NCBI GenBank assembly: GCA_963674865.2
Contig: CAXXYE010000009.1
Coordinates: forward strand, 1,824,001 to 1,888,000
Direction of reading: 5' to 3'
DNA: 64,000 nt
DNA from: Candidatus Hydrogenedentota bacterium
GTDB lineage: Bacteria; Hydrogenedentota; Hydrogenedentia; Hydrogenedentales; SLHB01
The notes under the pieces are model-generated. The model was not told the origin of the DNA. It did no database searches and worked only from the letters and a program-made list of their open reading frames with translations. Made by a program: the position numbers and the translations under genes. Shown one piece after another: positions 47,584 through 57,710 of the stretch. Within the stretch, counting starts at the first letter, position 1, and the number at the start of each line of letters is the position of its first letter.

Positions 47584-48450
47584 GTGAAGGTATTGGTGAT
47601 CGGCTCCGAGGGGCAGCTCGGCTCCGAAGTGTGCAAGGTATTCGCGGATGAGCAGTTGTGCCGGGCGGATCTTGCGGGGGGCGATGTGCGCCTCGACATC
47701 GCCGACGGGGAGCGGGTCCGTGGGGTGATTGTGGACGAGCAGGCGCCGGACCTCGTGATCAATACGGCGGGGGCGATCAACGTGCCTCGCTGTGAAGAAG
47801 AGCCTGAATGGGCGTTCCGTTTGAACGCGGTGGCTGCGAAGAACCTGGCGTCGGCGTGCCGGGATGGGGGGGCGCGGCTGGTTCATATCAGTACGGATTA
47901 CGTCTTCGGGCATGGGGGCGCCCGGCCTTATGAGGAGGCGGACTCGCCCGCTCCGCTGAGTTACTATGGTGCGAGCAAGTTGGCTGGGGAACACTTGGTG
48001 GCGGCGCATTGCAGCGATTATGCCATTGTCCGGACGGCGGCCATCTACGGCCCGGCGCCCTGCCGTGCGAAAGAAGGCATGAACTTCGTCAAGATGATGC
48101 TGCATCTTGCCGAAACGAGAGATGAGGTGCGGGTGGTCACGGATGAGGTGACGACGCCGACGTACACGGTGTCGTTGGCCGAGCAGGTCAAGCTTATCGC
48201 CACGCAGGGGCGCTCGGGCCTCTACCACGCCACGTGCCAGGGACAGTGCTCCTGGTATGAGTTCGCCAAGGCCATCTTCGATGTCAGCGGAGTGCAGGTG
48301 AGGCTGGTCGAAACCACCACGGCCGACTTTCCTTCCCCTGTCAAGCGCCCGGAGTATTCGGTGTTGCGGAACAAGTATCTTCAGGAACAGGAGCTTGACG
48401 TCATGCCTCACTGGCGTGAGGCGTTGGAAGCGTACCTGGCGGCTTCGTAG
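47584..48450 (+). CDS. rfbD: dTDP-4-dehydrorhamnose reductase
   Basis: GSEGQLG, ISTDYVF, YGASKLAGE, PT and RPEYS motifs. Confidence 0.9.
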   Translation: MKVLVIGSEGQLGSEVCKVFADEQLCRADLAGGDVRLDIADGERVRGVIVDEQAPDLVINTAGAINVPRCEEEPEWAFRLNAVAAKNLASACRDGGARLVHISTDYVFGHGGARPYEEADSPAPLSYYGASKLAGEHLVAAHCSDYAIVRTAAIYGPAPCRAKEGMNFVKMMLHLAETRDEVRVVTDEVTTPTYTVSLAEQVKLIATQGRSGLYHATCQGQCSWYEFAKAIFDVSGVQVRLVETTTADFPSPVKRPEYSVLRNKYLQEQELDVMPHWREALEAYLAAS

Positions 48451-48476
48451 CGAGTCTGGGGCGAATGCGAGGCTGC

Positions 48477-49784
48477 TCAGACGTCCGGCCTGCCGATGCT
48501 GAAGTACCGGAATCCTGCTTCGGCGATGACTTTGGGATTGTAGAGGTTCCTTCCATCGAAGATGACCGTTTCCCGCATCATGCCGGCCATACGGTCGAAA
48601 TCGGGGCGATGGAACTCGCGCCACTCGGTCGCAATAACCAAACCATCCGTTTCTTCGAGGCAGGCGTACATCTTCGGGGCCACCGTGATGCGATCTCCGT
48701 AGAGTGCCTTCAGGTTCGGCCCTGCCACGGGGTCGTAGATGTTTACCTGGCCGCCGGCTTCGAGGAGGGCGTCGATCACGCCCAAGGCCGGGGCCTCGCG
48801 AATGTCATCCGTCCGCGGCTTGAAGCTGCCTCCCCAGATGGCGATGCGTTTCTCGGAGATTGCCGGGCCATAGTGGCGCAGCAGGCGATCGTTGAACCTC
48901 TGTAATTGGGCCTTGTTGGTGGCGGAAACACCGTCAAGGACGGGCGTTGAAAGAGCTTTGTCTTTGGCCATTCTGGACGCGGCGATGACGTCCTTGGGCA
49001 GGCACGAGCCGCCGAAGGCAAGTCCCGGAAACAGGTACGTCGAGCCAAGGCGGGAGTCGGCCATGAGGGCTTCCCGGACGCGGGTGATGTCCACGCCGTA
49101 GGCGTCGGCGATGTTGGCAAGCTCATTCATGAGGGAGATACGCGCGGCAAGCATGGCGTTTGCCGCGTACTTGGCGAGTTCGGCGCTGCGGATGTTCATG
49201 GCGATGAAGGGCTTGCCGGTTCGCAGGAAGGGTGCATAGAGTTCGCGCATGATCTCGAGTACGCGGATGTCTTCACAGCCTACGATCACGCGATCCGGGC
49301 GGAGGAAGTCGTCGACGGCGGCCCCCTCTTTCAGGAATTCCGGATTCGCTACAACATCGAAGGGGTGAGACGTCAGTTCGGCCACCCGCTCGCGGACTCT
49401 CTCCGTAGTACCGATGGGTACGGTGCTCTTCACGACGATGATGGCGTATCCGCTCAGGGCGCGGCCGACGGCATCCACGGCGTTGTCGAGCTGGGTCATG
49501 TCTGCGGCGCCATCGGGCCCTGAGGGGGTGCCGACGCAAAGGAAGATGAGGAGTTTGTCGGCCACGCCCTCGGCGATATCCGTGGCAAGGCAGAGCCGTT
49601 CTTCCTCGATGTTATGCATGACGAGTTCTTCGAGTCCCGGCTCGTAGAACGGCATCTTGCCTTCGCGGAGCTTCTCTATCTTCGAGGGGTCCTCATCGAC
49701 GCACGTCACCCAGTGGCCGTTTTCCGCCAATCCGGTGCCCACCACCAAGCCGACATAACCCGTTCCGATAATTGCGATTCGCAT
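48477..49784 (-). CDS. ugd: UDP-glucose/GDP-mannose 6-dehydrogenase
   Basis: GTGYVGL, YEPGL, KSTVP.GT, NPEFLKEG, GGSCLPKD and FKPRTDDIRE motifs. Confidence 0.9.
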   Translation of the reverse strand: MRIAIIGTGYVGLVVGTGLAENGHWVTCVDEDPSKIEKLREGKMPFYEPGLEELVMHNIEEERLCLATDIAEGVADKLLIFLCVGTPSGPDGAADMTQLDNAVDAVGRALSGYAIIVVKSTVPIGTTERVRERVAELTSHPFDVVANPEFLKEGAAVDDFLRPDRVIVGCEDIRVLEIMRELYAPFLRTGKPFIAMNIRSAELAKYAANAMLAARISLMNELANIADAYGVDITRVREALMADSRLGSTYLFPGLAFGGSCLPKDVIAASRMAKDKALSTPVLDGVSATNKAQLQRFNDRLLRHYGPAISEKRIAIWGGSFKPRTDDIREAPALGVIDALLEAGGQVNIYDPVAGPNLKALYGDRITVAPKMYACLEETDGLVIATEWREFHRPDFDRMAGMMRETVIFDGRNLYNPKVIAEAGFRYFSIGRPDV

Positions 49785-49914
49785 CTGCCGTCCTCGTCTT
49801 TGTGTTGTGATCCGGTAGGGAGGTGATTCTAGCACTCACTCGCAAGCGCCGCAAAACGAAGGCCCCGCAGGCACCAAACGTTTGGGACAGGATAGCGGGG
49901 AGGTATCCGGTGGG

Positions 49915-51072
49915 CTAACTTATCTTACCGCGGATAACTACGTCGGCTTCTTTCAGGAGGTCCAGCTCGACGGGGGCGATGGCCTTCCCGTGACTGTCCC
50001 GCGTGAGTACCGTCAGGGGCTTGTCGAGCTGCTCCCTTCGGACCTCGACGACAATGCCTGTGAAGTTCCTGTACGGGCCGGAGCGTACGAGGATTTCGGC
50101 CCCACGTGGAAACACGGGCACCACGCGGAAGAAGGCGGCTACGACCGCCTTGTTGAGGTGTGGGCCCGCGGCATCGCGGATGGCGGAAAGGGCCGTGTCG
50201 GGCGACATGGGCGGTTTGCCGCCCGTGCCCGAGCAGAGATTGTCGTACACGTTCGCTACGGCGGTTATCTCGCCGAGAAGGGTGGGAATCGGGGGAGGCA
50301 GTTCGCGGTTGCGCTCGATGGTGTTGCTTCCGATCAGGCCTCGCGGCTCGCCGCTTCCATCTTGGCGCTCGTGATGTTCGAGGGCGACGTGAGGGGCCAG
50401 GAGGTCCGGTTCGTCGCTGTTCTTGAGCAGTTCGTAGCCGAGCAGGGTGTGCTGCCGGAGCGCCCGGCGTTGATCCGCCGCCGGGTCGACGAACACTTTG
50501 CCGATGTCGTGGAGTAGTGATCCGAGCGCCAGTGGCTTGAGGTGGTGATCGCGTATCCCGGCGGTCTTGCCGATCATGATGGAGACCACGCAGACATCGA
50601 TGGAATGCTGGTAGATTTCGGCGTCGGCGGAGCGAATGGAGGCGAGGCCGCCAAGGGTTCTTCGCGTCAGTATCTCGTCCAGGATGGCGTCGACCACGGA
50701 TTTTAGGTTGGCCAGCGGCCCCTTCTCACTTACCAAGGTGCGGATTGAGTCGGAGCCACAAGCGCTCTTGAGGTCATCGAAGGACTTCTCGCGCAGGGCC
50801 GTGACCTGCTTCTCGATGGTCTTGATGGATTGGTGGAGCGTCTGGAATGCGCGGGCCCTGGTTTCCGGGTCGAGGTCCTCGTCCGGGGGAACATCGACGG
50901 CGGATTCAGGATCGGCGACGTAGATGCGCTCGAAACCTTTCAACTGAAGAGCTTTGATGTAATTCTCCGTCAGCTGGACGCCGCTATTGAGAAGGGGCCG
51001 GCCCATGTCGTCCAATACCACGCGCCCCACCACTAGACCTGGGCGAAGATTCTTGACGTTTACCAAGCGCAT
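49915..51072 (-). CDS. HD-GYP domain protein with degenerate motifs
   Basis: HS.DV, LLHDIGK, HHERQDGSGEPRGL and AVANVYD motifs. Confidence 0.8.
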   Translation of the reverse strand: MRLVNVKNLRPGLVVGRVVLDDMGRPLLNSGVQLTENYIKALQLKGFERIYVADPESAVDVPPDEDLDPETRARAFQTLHQSIKTIEKQVTALREKSFDDLKSACGSDSIRTLVSEKGPLANLKSVVDAILDEILTRRTLGGLASIRSADAEIYQHSIDVCVVSIMIGKTAGIRDHHLKPLALGSLLHDIGKVFVDPAADQRRALRQHTLLGYELLKNSDEPDLLAPHVALEHHERQDGSGEPRGLIGSNTIERNRELPPPIPTLLGEITAVANVYDNLCSGTGGKPPMSPDTALSAIRDAAGPHLNKAVVAAFFRVVPVFPRGAEILVRSGPYRNFTGIVVEVRREQLDKPLTVLTRDSHGKAIAPVELDLLKEADVVIRGKIS

Positions 51073-51239
51073 GAGCGATATCTCGCGACCCGGGTGGTCG
51101 GTTTCCCTGGTGCCCCCTTGCGGCGCATCGTTGGATGAGTATGCTTTGAAGCCATCCGCCGTCCGTGGCAGGCGCGGGATAACTGCCGCGCCCGTATTCT
51201 CTCTCCGGGGCCTATGCTAACGGAGAACCCCCTACCGCG

Positions 51240-52208
51240 TCAACGCCCTGACGTATGTTTCTGGACAATTCCCAGGGCGTGCTCGCGCGCATGCACCAAG
51301 CCGGTGAGTACGGTGTTCGTGGGGCAAGTGAGCTGGTGACGCGCACCGTACCGGCAGATGGCGCCGTTCAGGGCGTCAATTTCAGTCCGGCGCTTTCGGC
51401 GGAAGTCCTCTCGCATGCTCGCGTAGTGGGCCGCCGTCGGAGGAATTAGCTTCTCGAATAGGAGGTCCAGGTATTCCGCATCCGAGCGCGGTTTCAGGTT
51501 AACGCCCGCAGCCTCCCCGACGCGGTAAAGCTCGGCGATCACGTCGCGAATGATCGAGCGTGTGTGCTCGGTTTTCGCGAGTGCGCCGTACGGCACGTCC
51601 AGCAACGCGGAGAGGGGATTAAGGGCGCAGTTGTAGGCCACCTTTGCCCATAGCACGGCCCTGATGTCATCCGTGTATACCGTGGGTAGGCCGGCAGCGT
51701 CCATGGCGGCGGCTATTGCGCGGACGCGCTCCGCGGGGGCGGCAGAGTCGTACACCCCGAGGGCTGTCGGCTCGGCGATTACGGTGACCTCGGCACACCC
51801 TGGCTTGGGCAGCCACGCGCCGAAGATGGCCCGTGCGCCCACGGTGCGTTTCGAGCCGAACGCGTCGGCTATGGCTTCGGCGTTGCCCAAGCCGTTCTGA
51901 TAGGAGCAGATCAGGGTGTTGTCATTGACCAGCGGCGTGATGATGTGAGCGGCCTCAGCCGTGTCGTATGACTTCACGGTGATGAGTATGAGGTCGAAAG
52001 GCCCGGGCGGGGAAGTGTCGACGCGCGTGGATACGGCAAGGCCCTTCACGAGATGATCGCCCCAGATCCCGCCGATGCGGAGTCCGTTGGCCCGGATCGC
52101 GGCCATATGGGCTTCCCGGCCCACCAGGATGACATCGTGGCCCGCCCGAGCGAGGAAGCCGCCTACCACGGTGCCCATGGCGCCGGCGCCCATCACGAGA
52201 ACGCGCAT
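51240..52208 (-). CDS. panE: 2-dehydropantoate 2-reductase
   Basis: GAGAMG, VKSYD, QNG, W.K..YNC..N, SM..D and TEIDALNG motifs. Confidence 0.9.
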   Translation of the reverse strand: MRVLVMGAGAMGTVVGGFLARAGHDVILVGREAHMAAIRANGLRIGGIWGDHLVKGLAVSTRVDTSPPGPFDLILITVKSYDTAEAAHIITPLVNDNTLICSYQNGLGNAEAIADAFGSKRTVGARAIFGAWLPKPGCAEVTVIAEPTALGVYDSAAPAERVRAIAAAMDAAGLPTVYTDDIRAVLWAKVAYNCALNPLSALLDVPYGALAKTEHTRSIIRDVIAELYRVGEAAGVNLKPRSDAEYLDLLFEKLIPPTAAHYASMREDFRRKRRTEIDALNGAICRYGARHQLTCPTNTVLTGLVHAREHALGIVQKHTSGR

Positions 52209-52224
52209 GGCTTCCGTCCTTTCG

Positions 52225-53016
52225 TCACGAATGATCGCGGATGAAATCGCGCACCCAAGTCGCTTGTTCAAGCTGGCCGTCAATCAATACGGTTCCGAGT
52301 ATCTCGAAGCCGGCCACACGCCCGTCTTCGAGTGTCTTGGCTACGATCCGCCATTGGCGCTGCAGTGCTTCCATGGGCAGCGGGGCTTGCGTGGGATAAT
52401 CGCGCAGATAGCAGCCCAGGAGGATGGGCTTGCCGGGGAAAAGCGCCCGGCACGTGTCGATATGATGTTCGTAGTCGGCCAGGCGTTCATGGCACCATAT
52501 CCAGAAGCCGACTGCATCGACGTATGGCGCGAGAGGCCGCCAGAAGTCGAGATCGTCCAGTTCGTGGCTGTAGACAACGCATTCAAGCGTCATGGCGGAG
52601 TTGGGCGACTTCAGCGCGGCGTATATCCGGGCGCAGTCCTCCGTGCCGGCGCCGCGCTTGGCCATCAGCCCGCGCATGTCGTCGTATATGGCTCCCGTCA
52701 CGTTTGGATAGGCCAATGAGAACCGGCTAAGGTGCTCGGCCTCGCGGCAGATGTCGGCGGTGTCTGAGGCGCAGAAACTCTCGGATCCGCGATTCCTTTC
52801 GCCGCAGTCACGGAAGCGCCACTTCGAGATATCGCAGCGCACCTCGTCCAGGTGGCGTAGCTTCTGAAGCGCCAGGTCCGTGGTGGGATGAAAAAGGAAG
52901 TGGGCCTTGCGGAGGCCGAAGAAGGCAGCGCCCTCACCCACGCCGAACACGGAGGGATGGACACCGGGGTCGAGGCCATGGCCTTCCCACACCCATCCCG
53001 CGGCGGCCATATTCAT
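52225..53016 (-). CDS. Hypothetical protein (possible TIM barrel)
   Basis: GGAGG RBS; co-directional with panE; N..GAIYDD, FWIW and GCYLRDY segments. Confidence 0.6.
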   Translation of the reverse strand: MNMAAAGWVWEGHGLDPGVHPSVFGVGEGAAFFGLRKAHFLFHPTTDLALQKLRHLDEVRCDISKWRFRDCGERNRGSESFCASDTADICREAEHLSRFSLAYPNVTGAIYDDMRGLMAKRGAGTEDCARIYAALKSPNSAMTLECVVYSHELDDLDFWRPLAPYVDAVGFWIWCHERLADYEHHIDTCRALFPGKPILLGCYLRDYPTQAPLPMEALQRQWRIVAKTLEDGRVAGFEILGTVLIDGQLEQATWVRDFIRDHS

Positions 53017-53166
53017 CGCGTTTCCCTCCGGTATCAGCAAACAGGCGGCACGAAGTCTATAACTCCGCGCCGCCTGTTGTGAGCTCTGGCCCGTTGAGCC
53101 GGTAAGTGGCTATGGTTCTCGGCTCCAGCCCTCTGGTGAATCGCAGGACCTCCTAACGCTGCCTGG

Positions 53167-54762
53167 CTAGGAGGCGTGCGATTCGGGGAGTATCTTCTCC
53201 GCCCGGTATCCGCCCGAAGCCCGGTCGCGCAGATACATACCTCCGAAGATGACCATGAGGATCAATGTCAGCGGCGAAATCCACTTGAAGGCCATACGTC
53301 CGCCGAAGTTGTCGGCCGGATTCATGAGCATCTTGGCCTTTGTCGCCACGAACTGGGCCCTTTGAAGGCCCTCAGTCTCGCCAAATTGGCTTTCCCATTC
53401 CTCCGTGTCTTCCGGCGCGCCCCCGGCGAACTTCATCGCCGCGCGCAGGGCGTTTTCTGTGAGAATTGGCGGCAAGGCGCCGGTATCGTCGACCTGAGCC
53501 AGGGCGTCGTTGGCCAAGTCGATGGCATGTTGGTAGTCCTTGGCGGTATCGCCTTCAGCCTGCTCAATGAAGGTCGGGAAGTTCTCGGTGATCTGGCGCA
53601 GGCATACCTTCGTGTATCCCCGGTGCATCTGCTCGTGCGCGTAGTAGTCGGCGACGCGTCCCATCCCGGGGATCGCGACGGCTCCCACGGCGATGTTTCC
53701 GACGGCGCCCAGAAGCGCGAGCGCCAGTGCGCCACCCTTCGGTACGCGCTCTGAGGCCACGCCCAACATGGTCGGCCAGAAATAGCAGACGCCGATGGCG
53801 AATACCGTGGCGGCGGCGAAGGTGCGCACGAAGCCTTCGGCGTCGCTGAGCAGCCATAGGCCAATGCCCGCGAGTATCGAGGAGCCGAGGAGAATGCCCG
53901 TGGGCGCCAAGCGCTCAACAGCCTGGCCGGCCAATTGGCGCAGAACTGCCATGAGTAGGCTAATGTAAACCAGCACGAGAATGCCCGGGAAGCCGCCCGA
54001 CTCAAGAATAGATGGAATCCAGCGGTTCGGGCCCAACTCGACGGATGCCGTGAGCATCATGCAGAAGAGCAGTAGCAGGAAGAGGGGCCTGCCGAAGGTT
54101 GCGGCCACCATGTCCTTGAAGGAGAGGCCCGACTGGACGCGTTCCGTGAGGGGAAACTTCTGGCCGAGGAACAGCAATCCGTAGATGACCGTCGGCACGA
54201 GGATGACGGAGAGCTTCAGTTGCCAGGAAGGTATGCCTACCTTGTCGAGGAAAAAGGCGATCAGTCCACCGATGACGATACCACCCGGAAACCAAACGTG
54301 GAACTGGTTGAGTTTCTCCGTCTTGCGGTCCGGGTAGATCGTGGCGACCAGCGGATTTCCGGCGGCCTCCACGAGGCCATTGCCAAACGCTATCGTAAGC
54401 GCGCCGAAAAGCAGCATCCAAAAACCGGTGGCGAAGATCATCAAAAGGACGCCGACGGCGTGGAAGACAAACGCTAGTCGGAAGAGCAGGCGCATCCCAA
54501 GCACGTCGCATAGGGGGCCGAAGATCAAGATGCTGATGGGAAATCCCCAAAGGGCCGCCCCTCCGATGTGTCCCACCTGTTGATTTGTCAGGACGAACTC
54601 GGTCTTCAAGGCGCCCATGATGGCGCCTATCACCGCAAAGGTTACGGATGTTGCGATGAGCGAAACGCAACTCGCCAGAAACAGCCGCCCTCGGTGGATC
54701 TCCGACAGTGCAGCCGTTCCCCCGGCCACACGCGCTCCACCTCCCTGTTGATCATTACTCAT
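53167..54762 (-). CDS. MFS transporter with a soluble insertion before the last TM
   Basis: About 12 TM segments; GPLCDVLG.R, GNGLVEA..NP, HVWFPGG and WPTMLG motifs. Confidence 0.85.
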   Translation of the reverse strand: MSNDQQGGGARVAGGTAALSEIHRGRLFLASCVSLIATSVTFAVIGAIMGALKTEFVLTNQQVGHIGGAALWGFPISILIFGPLCDVLGMRLLFRLAFVFHAVGVLLMIFATGFWMLLFGALTIAFGNGLVEAAGNPLVATIYPDRKTEKLNQFHVWFPGGIVIGGLIAFFLDKVGIPSWQLKLSVILVPTVIYGLLFLGQKFPLTERVQSGLSFKDMVAATFGRPLFLLLLFCMMLTASVELGPNRWIPSILESGGFPGILVLVYISLLMAVLRQLAGQAVERLAPTGILLGSSILAGIGLWLLSDAEGFVRTFAAATVFAIGVCYFWPTMLGVASERVPKGGALALALLGAVGNIAVGAVAIPGMGRVADYYAHEQMHRGYTKVCLRQITENFPTFIEQAEGDTAKDYQHAIDLANDALAQVDDTGALPPILTENALRAAMKFAGGAPEDTEEWESQFGETEGLQRAQFVATKAKMLMNPADNFGGRMAFKWISPLTLILMVIFGGMYLRDRASGGYRAEKILPESHAS

Positions 54763-54907
54763 AATAGCCTCTCCCTTGTACCCGCTTGATAATTTCAGCG
54801 TTCCCGACTGCTGATGCACAGCCCTTCCCGCCAACCCTCCCGCAGTGCGTTGGCTTGCTCCGCCAAAATGGTAAAGGATCACTCACGTAGGTTCAAGCGG
54901 CGGGTTG

Positions 54908-55065
54908 TCCCCCGGTGGCCGGGTTGCCAATTGTGCCGCGCGTCAAGTAATTGGACGCAGAGGTATTGGCAAGACAAGCGTCCTCACCTAATGGGGGAGT
55001 ATGTCCCAAGAGACGAAGTTGGTCAGAAGCGCCGCGTGCGCGGCACTGTCGAATTAACCGGCGAT
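54908..55065. repeat. ~157-bp element E, intact copy
   Basis: Aligns without gaps to 32982..33139. Confidence 0.8.
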
Positions 55066-55150
55066 TGCAGTTGCCCGCTGGTCTGGCCTGATTGCGCCCC
55101 GCCTTCCCGGTGGCGGGCCGTGGAGCCTTGTCCCGATGCTCGTCCGTAGG

Positions 55151-56362
55151 CTAGCCGAGGCGGCCCTTCAGCCACAGGGCTCCCAGCCACAGTATGACGG
55201 CAAGTCCGCCAAGGCCGAGGAACACGCTGGCCGGCTTGTTCTTGAGGTCTCCCATGGTCTTCTCGCTGCTGGTGAGCGCCAGGAGCATTACGGCGCACAG
55301 GGGCGCCGCGAGTAGTGTGGATGCCTGGGCCACGAGGACGGCGGTCGTTGTGCCTGTGCCGTAGATGAAGGTGGAGCAGGCCACGGCGCAACCGGCCAAC
55401 ATCACGAAGGCTGCGAGTATCCTTGTGGCCCGGCTGTCCATGCTCGGGTCGAGACCGAGGCCGTCGGCGAGCATGCCGCCTCCGATGATGGCGTTGACGA
55501 GAAAGGATGACAGCGCCGCCGCCGCGAGTCCGCAACTGAAGACCAGCCTGGCCCAAGGGCCGAGGAGTCCCGCGAGCTGTCTCGCCAATTGCTCCACGGT
55601 CGCGAAGCCTCCAGCGGCGCCGTGGAGCGTCTCGGCCGCGCCGACGAGAATGGCGGCGCTTATCAGGCCGAGGATCACGATGCCCGCCCATGCATCATGC
55701 ACGGCGTCGGCCAGGTCTTCTCGTCCCCACCGCTTGGCCTGAACGAGGTAGGCCTGGTAGAAGGCCGCTATGATCGAGAAGGTTGTGGCCAGCATGCCCC
55801 GCGCGATGAGGCCGTCCCCGTCGGCCATTTTCGGGCTCAGGCCGCTCGCGACGCCGCGCAGGCTTGGCCCCGCACGCAGGAGGTTGGCGAAGAAGCATAC
55901 AATCATAACCGCCACGAGGAGCGCCATGAGGCGTTCTATAACCGCGTAGACGCGGCGCGCGAAAAACAGGAAGAAGAGCGAGATCAGGGTGAAGGCAATC
56001 GGCCAGAAAGCTTTGGGCACTCCCGTCGCCGCGTCGAGGGCTACGGCAATGCCGATGTTGTTTCCGCTCTGGAAGCCGGCGGTTACGAAGAATGCCGACA
56101 GGCCCGCCAGCAGGGCCAGCCATCGCCCGGCGCGGGCGCTCACGTAAGTGAGCGGCGAGACCTCCAGCACGCAGCCCAGTCTGGCCGCCATCGAGGTGTA
56201 GGCGGCCATGAAGAGGGCTGACACCACCAAGAGCCAAAGAAGGCGATAGCCGCCCACGGCGCCGGCTTTGCTCGCCGCCACGATACTCCCGGGGCCCAGC
56301 ACCACCGACGCCGTTATGATGCCGGGGCCGACACGCCGCAAGATGCGCAGAATCCGGTTCAT
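55151..56362 (-). CDS. NRAMP-like divalent cation transporter
   Basis: GPG...A....GPGS, GY.LLW, FQSGN..G and TTFS motifs; about 11 TM segments. Confidence 0.8.
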   Translation of the reverse strand: MNRILRILRRVGPGIITASVVLGPGSIVAASKAGAVGGYRLLWLLVVSALFMAAYTSMAARLGCVLEVSPLTYVSARAGRWLALLAGLSAFFVTAGFQSGNNIGIAVALDAATGVPKAFWPIAFTLISLFFLFFARRVYAVIERLMALLVAVMIVCFFANLLRAGPSLRGVASGLSPKMADGDGLIARGMLATTFSIIAAFYQAYLVQAKRWGREDLADAVHDAWAGIVILGLISAAILVGAAETLHGAAGGFATVEQLARQLAGLLGPWARLVFSCGLAAAALSSFLVNAIIGGGMLADGLGLDPSMDSRATRILAAFVMLAGCAVACSTFIYGTGTTTAVLVAQASTLLAAPLCAVMLLALTSSEKTMGDLKNKPASVFLGLGGLAVILWLGALWLKGRLG

Positions 56363-56698
56363 GACGGGGCATTGTGCTGGTATCGAGCCGCGGAGTCAAC
56401 GGGGCGCCATGCTCGGGAGACAAGGACGCCGAGTCGGTCCGTGGACGGACTGAAGAAGAAAGCGAACATGTCCGGAAGTGGCGTACAGGGCTTCCGGTCA
56501 TTCCCGGCGGGGAACATTGGGCGCCGTGTATAACCTCCCCGCCGGACGGCGCATGAGAGGTATCAGCGTTTGACGACATATTCTAGCACAGCCTCTCCGC
56601 CGGCGCGCATCCCGCCGTCATTCCCCGATGGCGAGTTGACATCCTCAGCAGCTCACCGGATACTACGGTTTGACCCACCTGGATGGAGGATGTTCTCT

Positions 56699-57691
56699 AT
56701 GACAACTGACGGGGCGGCGGACAAGCGCATTCCCACCTTGCACGTGGTGGGGGAATCGATTCCTCAGGCGTATTACCGCGCGATGAAGGCTGTTTGGGAG
56801 CAGGGGCTGCCCATCCGCACGGAGTATGATCGGAAAGATGCGTCGGGGCGCTACATCGATCCCCCGAGCCGCGATGCTCGCGTGTTGATCGAGGTGAAAG
56901 ATCCTTTTGCGCAGCCTCGGTTTCCGCCGATCTCTTTCTGCGAAATCGGGGCGTATATCGCCGAGATCATGGGCCTCAAGGACTACCGCGTCTTGCCGAT
57001 GGAGAAGCTCCGGGAGGCCGTGGGCGGGGAGCTGTCCGCTCACGAATGGCCCTACACGTACCATCAGCGGCTGTTCGACCACCCCGCCATCGACGGCACC
57101 GCCGTCGACCAGATGGCGCTTGCGGTCGAGCGCATCGCCCGGACGCCCTATTCCAGGCGGGCCGTAGCGACCACCTCTGTGCCCAACATCGATCCCTTTC
57201 TCAAGGAAGACGTGCCCTGTCTGCGGGAGGTCCAATTGCGCTGTCCCGAGGGCGGCGACGGCTGCCTCGCGCTCAACATGAATACCATGTGGCGGTCGCG
57301 CGACCTGTACAAGGCGTGGGGCGATAACGTCATCGGTCTCACGTTTCTCCAGGCCGCGCTGGCGCGGCAAGTGGGCGCGGAGGCGGGGAAGGCCACCTGC
57401 GTGGGCAGCTACGCCGACTACAGCGCCTCGCTGCACATCTATGGGCAGGACTTCGGGGCCGTCGGCGGCGATGAAGGCAAGGGGCTGCGGAGTTTCTTCG
57501 ATACCTTCGACGAGGACACGTTTCTCTCGCGCTCTCTAACGAGCGAAATGGCTCTGGACATGCTCGTTCTGCCCCAGTTGAAGGGACTTCTCACGCAGCA
57601 GCAAATCGAGCAGTGGGGCTTCCCGCAGGAATCCGTGGCGTTGCTCGAGGGCCTGGTCGATGACTTTGAATCCGGGGCGTACCTGCCCTGA
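56699..57691 (+). CDS. Thymidylate synthase family protein, archaeal-like
   Basis: YTYHQRL, SRRA, VPCL, WRSRD...AW..N and SLHIY motifs; GGAGGA RBS; TTGACA-17-GATACT promoter at 56636. Confidence 0.75.
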   Translation: MTTDGAADKRIPTLHVVGESIPQAYYRAMKAVWEQGLPIRTEYDRKDASGRYIDPPSRDARVLIEVKDPFAQPRFPPISFCEIGAYIAEIMGLKDYRVLPMEKLREAVGGELSAHEWPYTYHQRLFDHPAIDGTAVDQMALAVERIARTPYSRRAVATTSVPNIDPFLKEDVPCLREVQLRCPEGGDGCLALNMNTMWRSRDLYKAWGDNVIGLTFLQAALARQVGAEAGKATCVGSYADYSASLHIYGQDFGAVGGDEGKGLRSFFDTFDEDTFLSRSLTSEMALDMLVLPQLKGLLTQQQIEQWGFPQESVALLEGLVDDFESGAYLP

Positions 57692-57710
57692 CGCGGCGCG
57701 GCCGGGCCTC

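Noticed and set aside
54947..54991. Walker-A-like peptide VIGRRGIGKTSVL in one frame of element E
   Set aside because: It is followed almost immediately by a stop, is not preserved in the other copies, and mismatches show only weak codon periodicity. Probably chance, although a remote coding origin is not excluded.
56400..56635. yybP-ykoY (Mn) riboswitch or small ORF upstream of the NRAMP-like gene
   Set aside because: Consensus motifs were not seen, and a promoter lies immediately before the ATG. The 10-bp hairpin CCGGCGGGGA/TCCCCGCCGG alone is insufficient.
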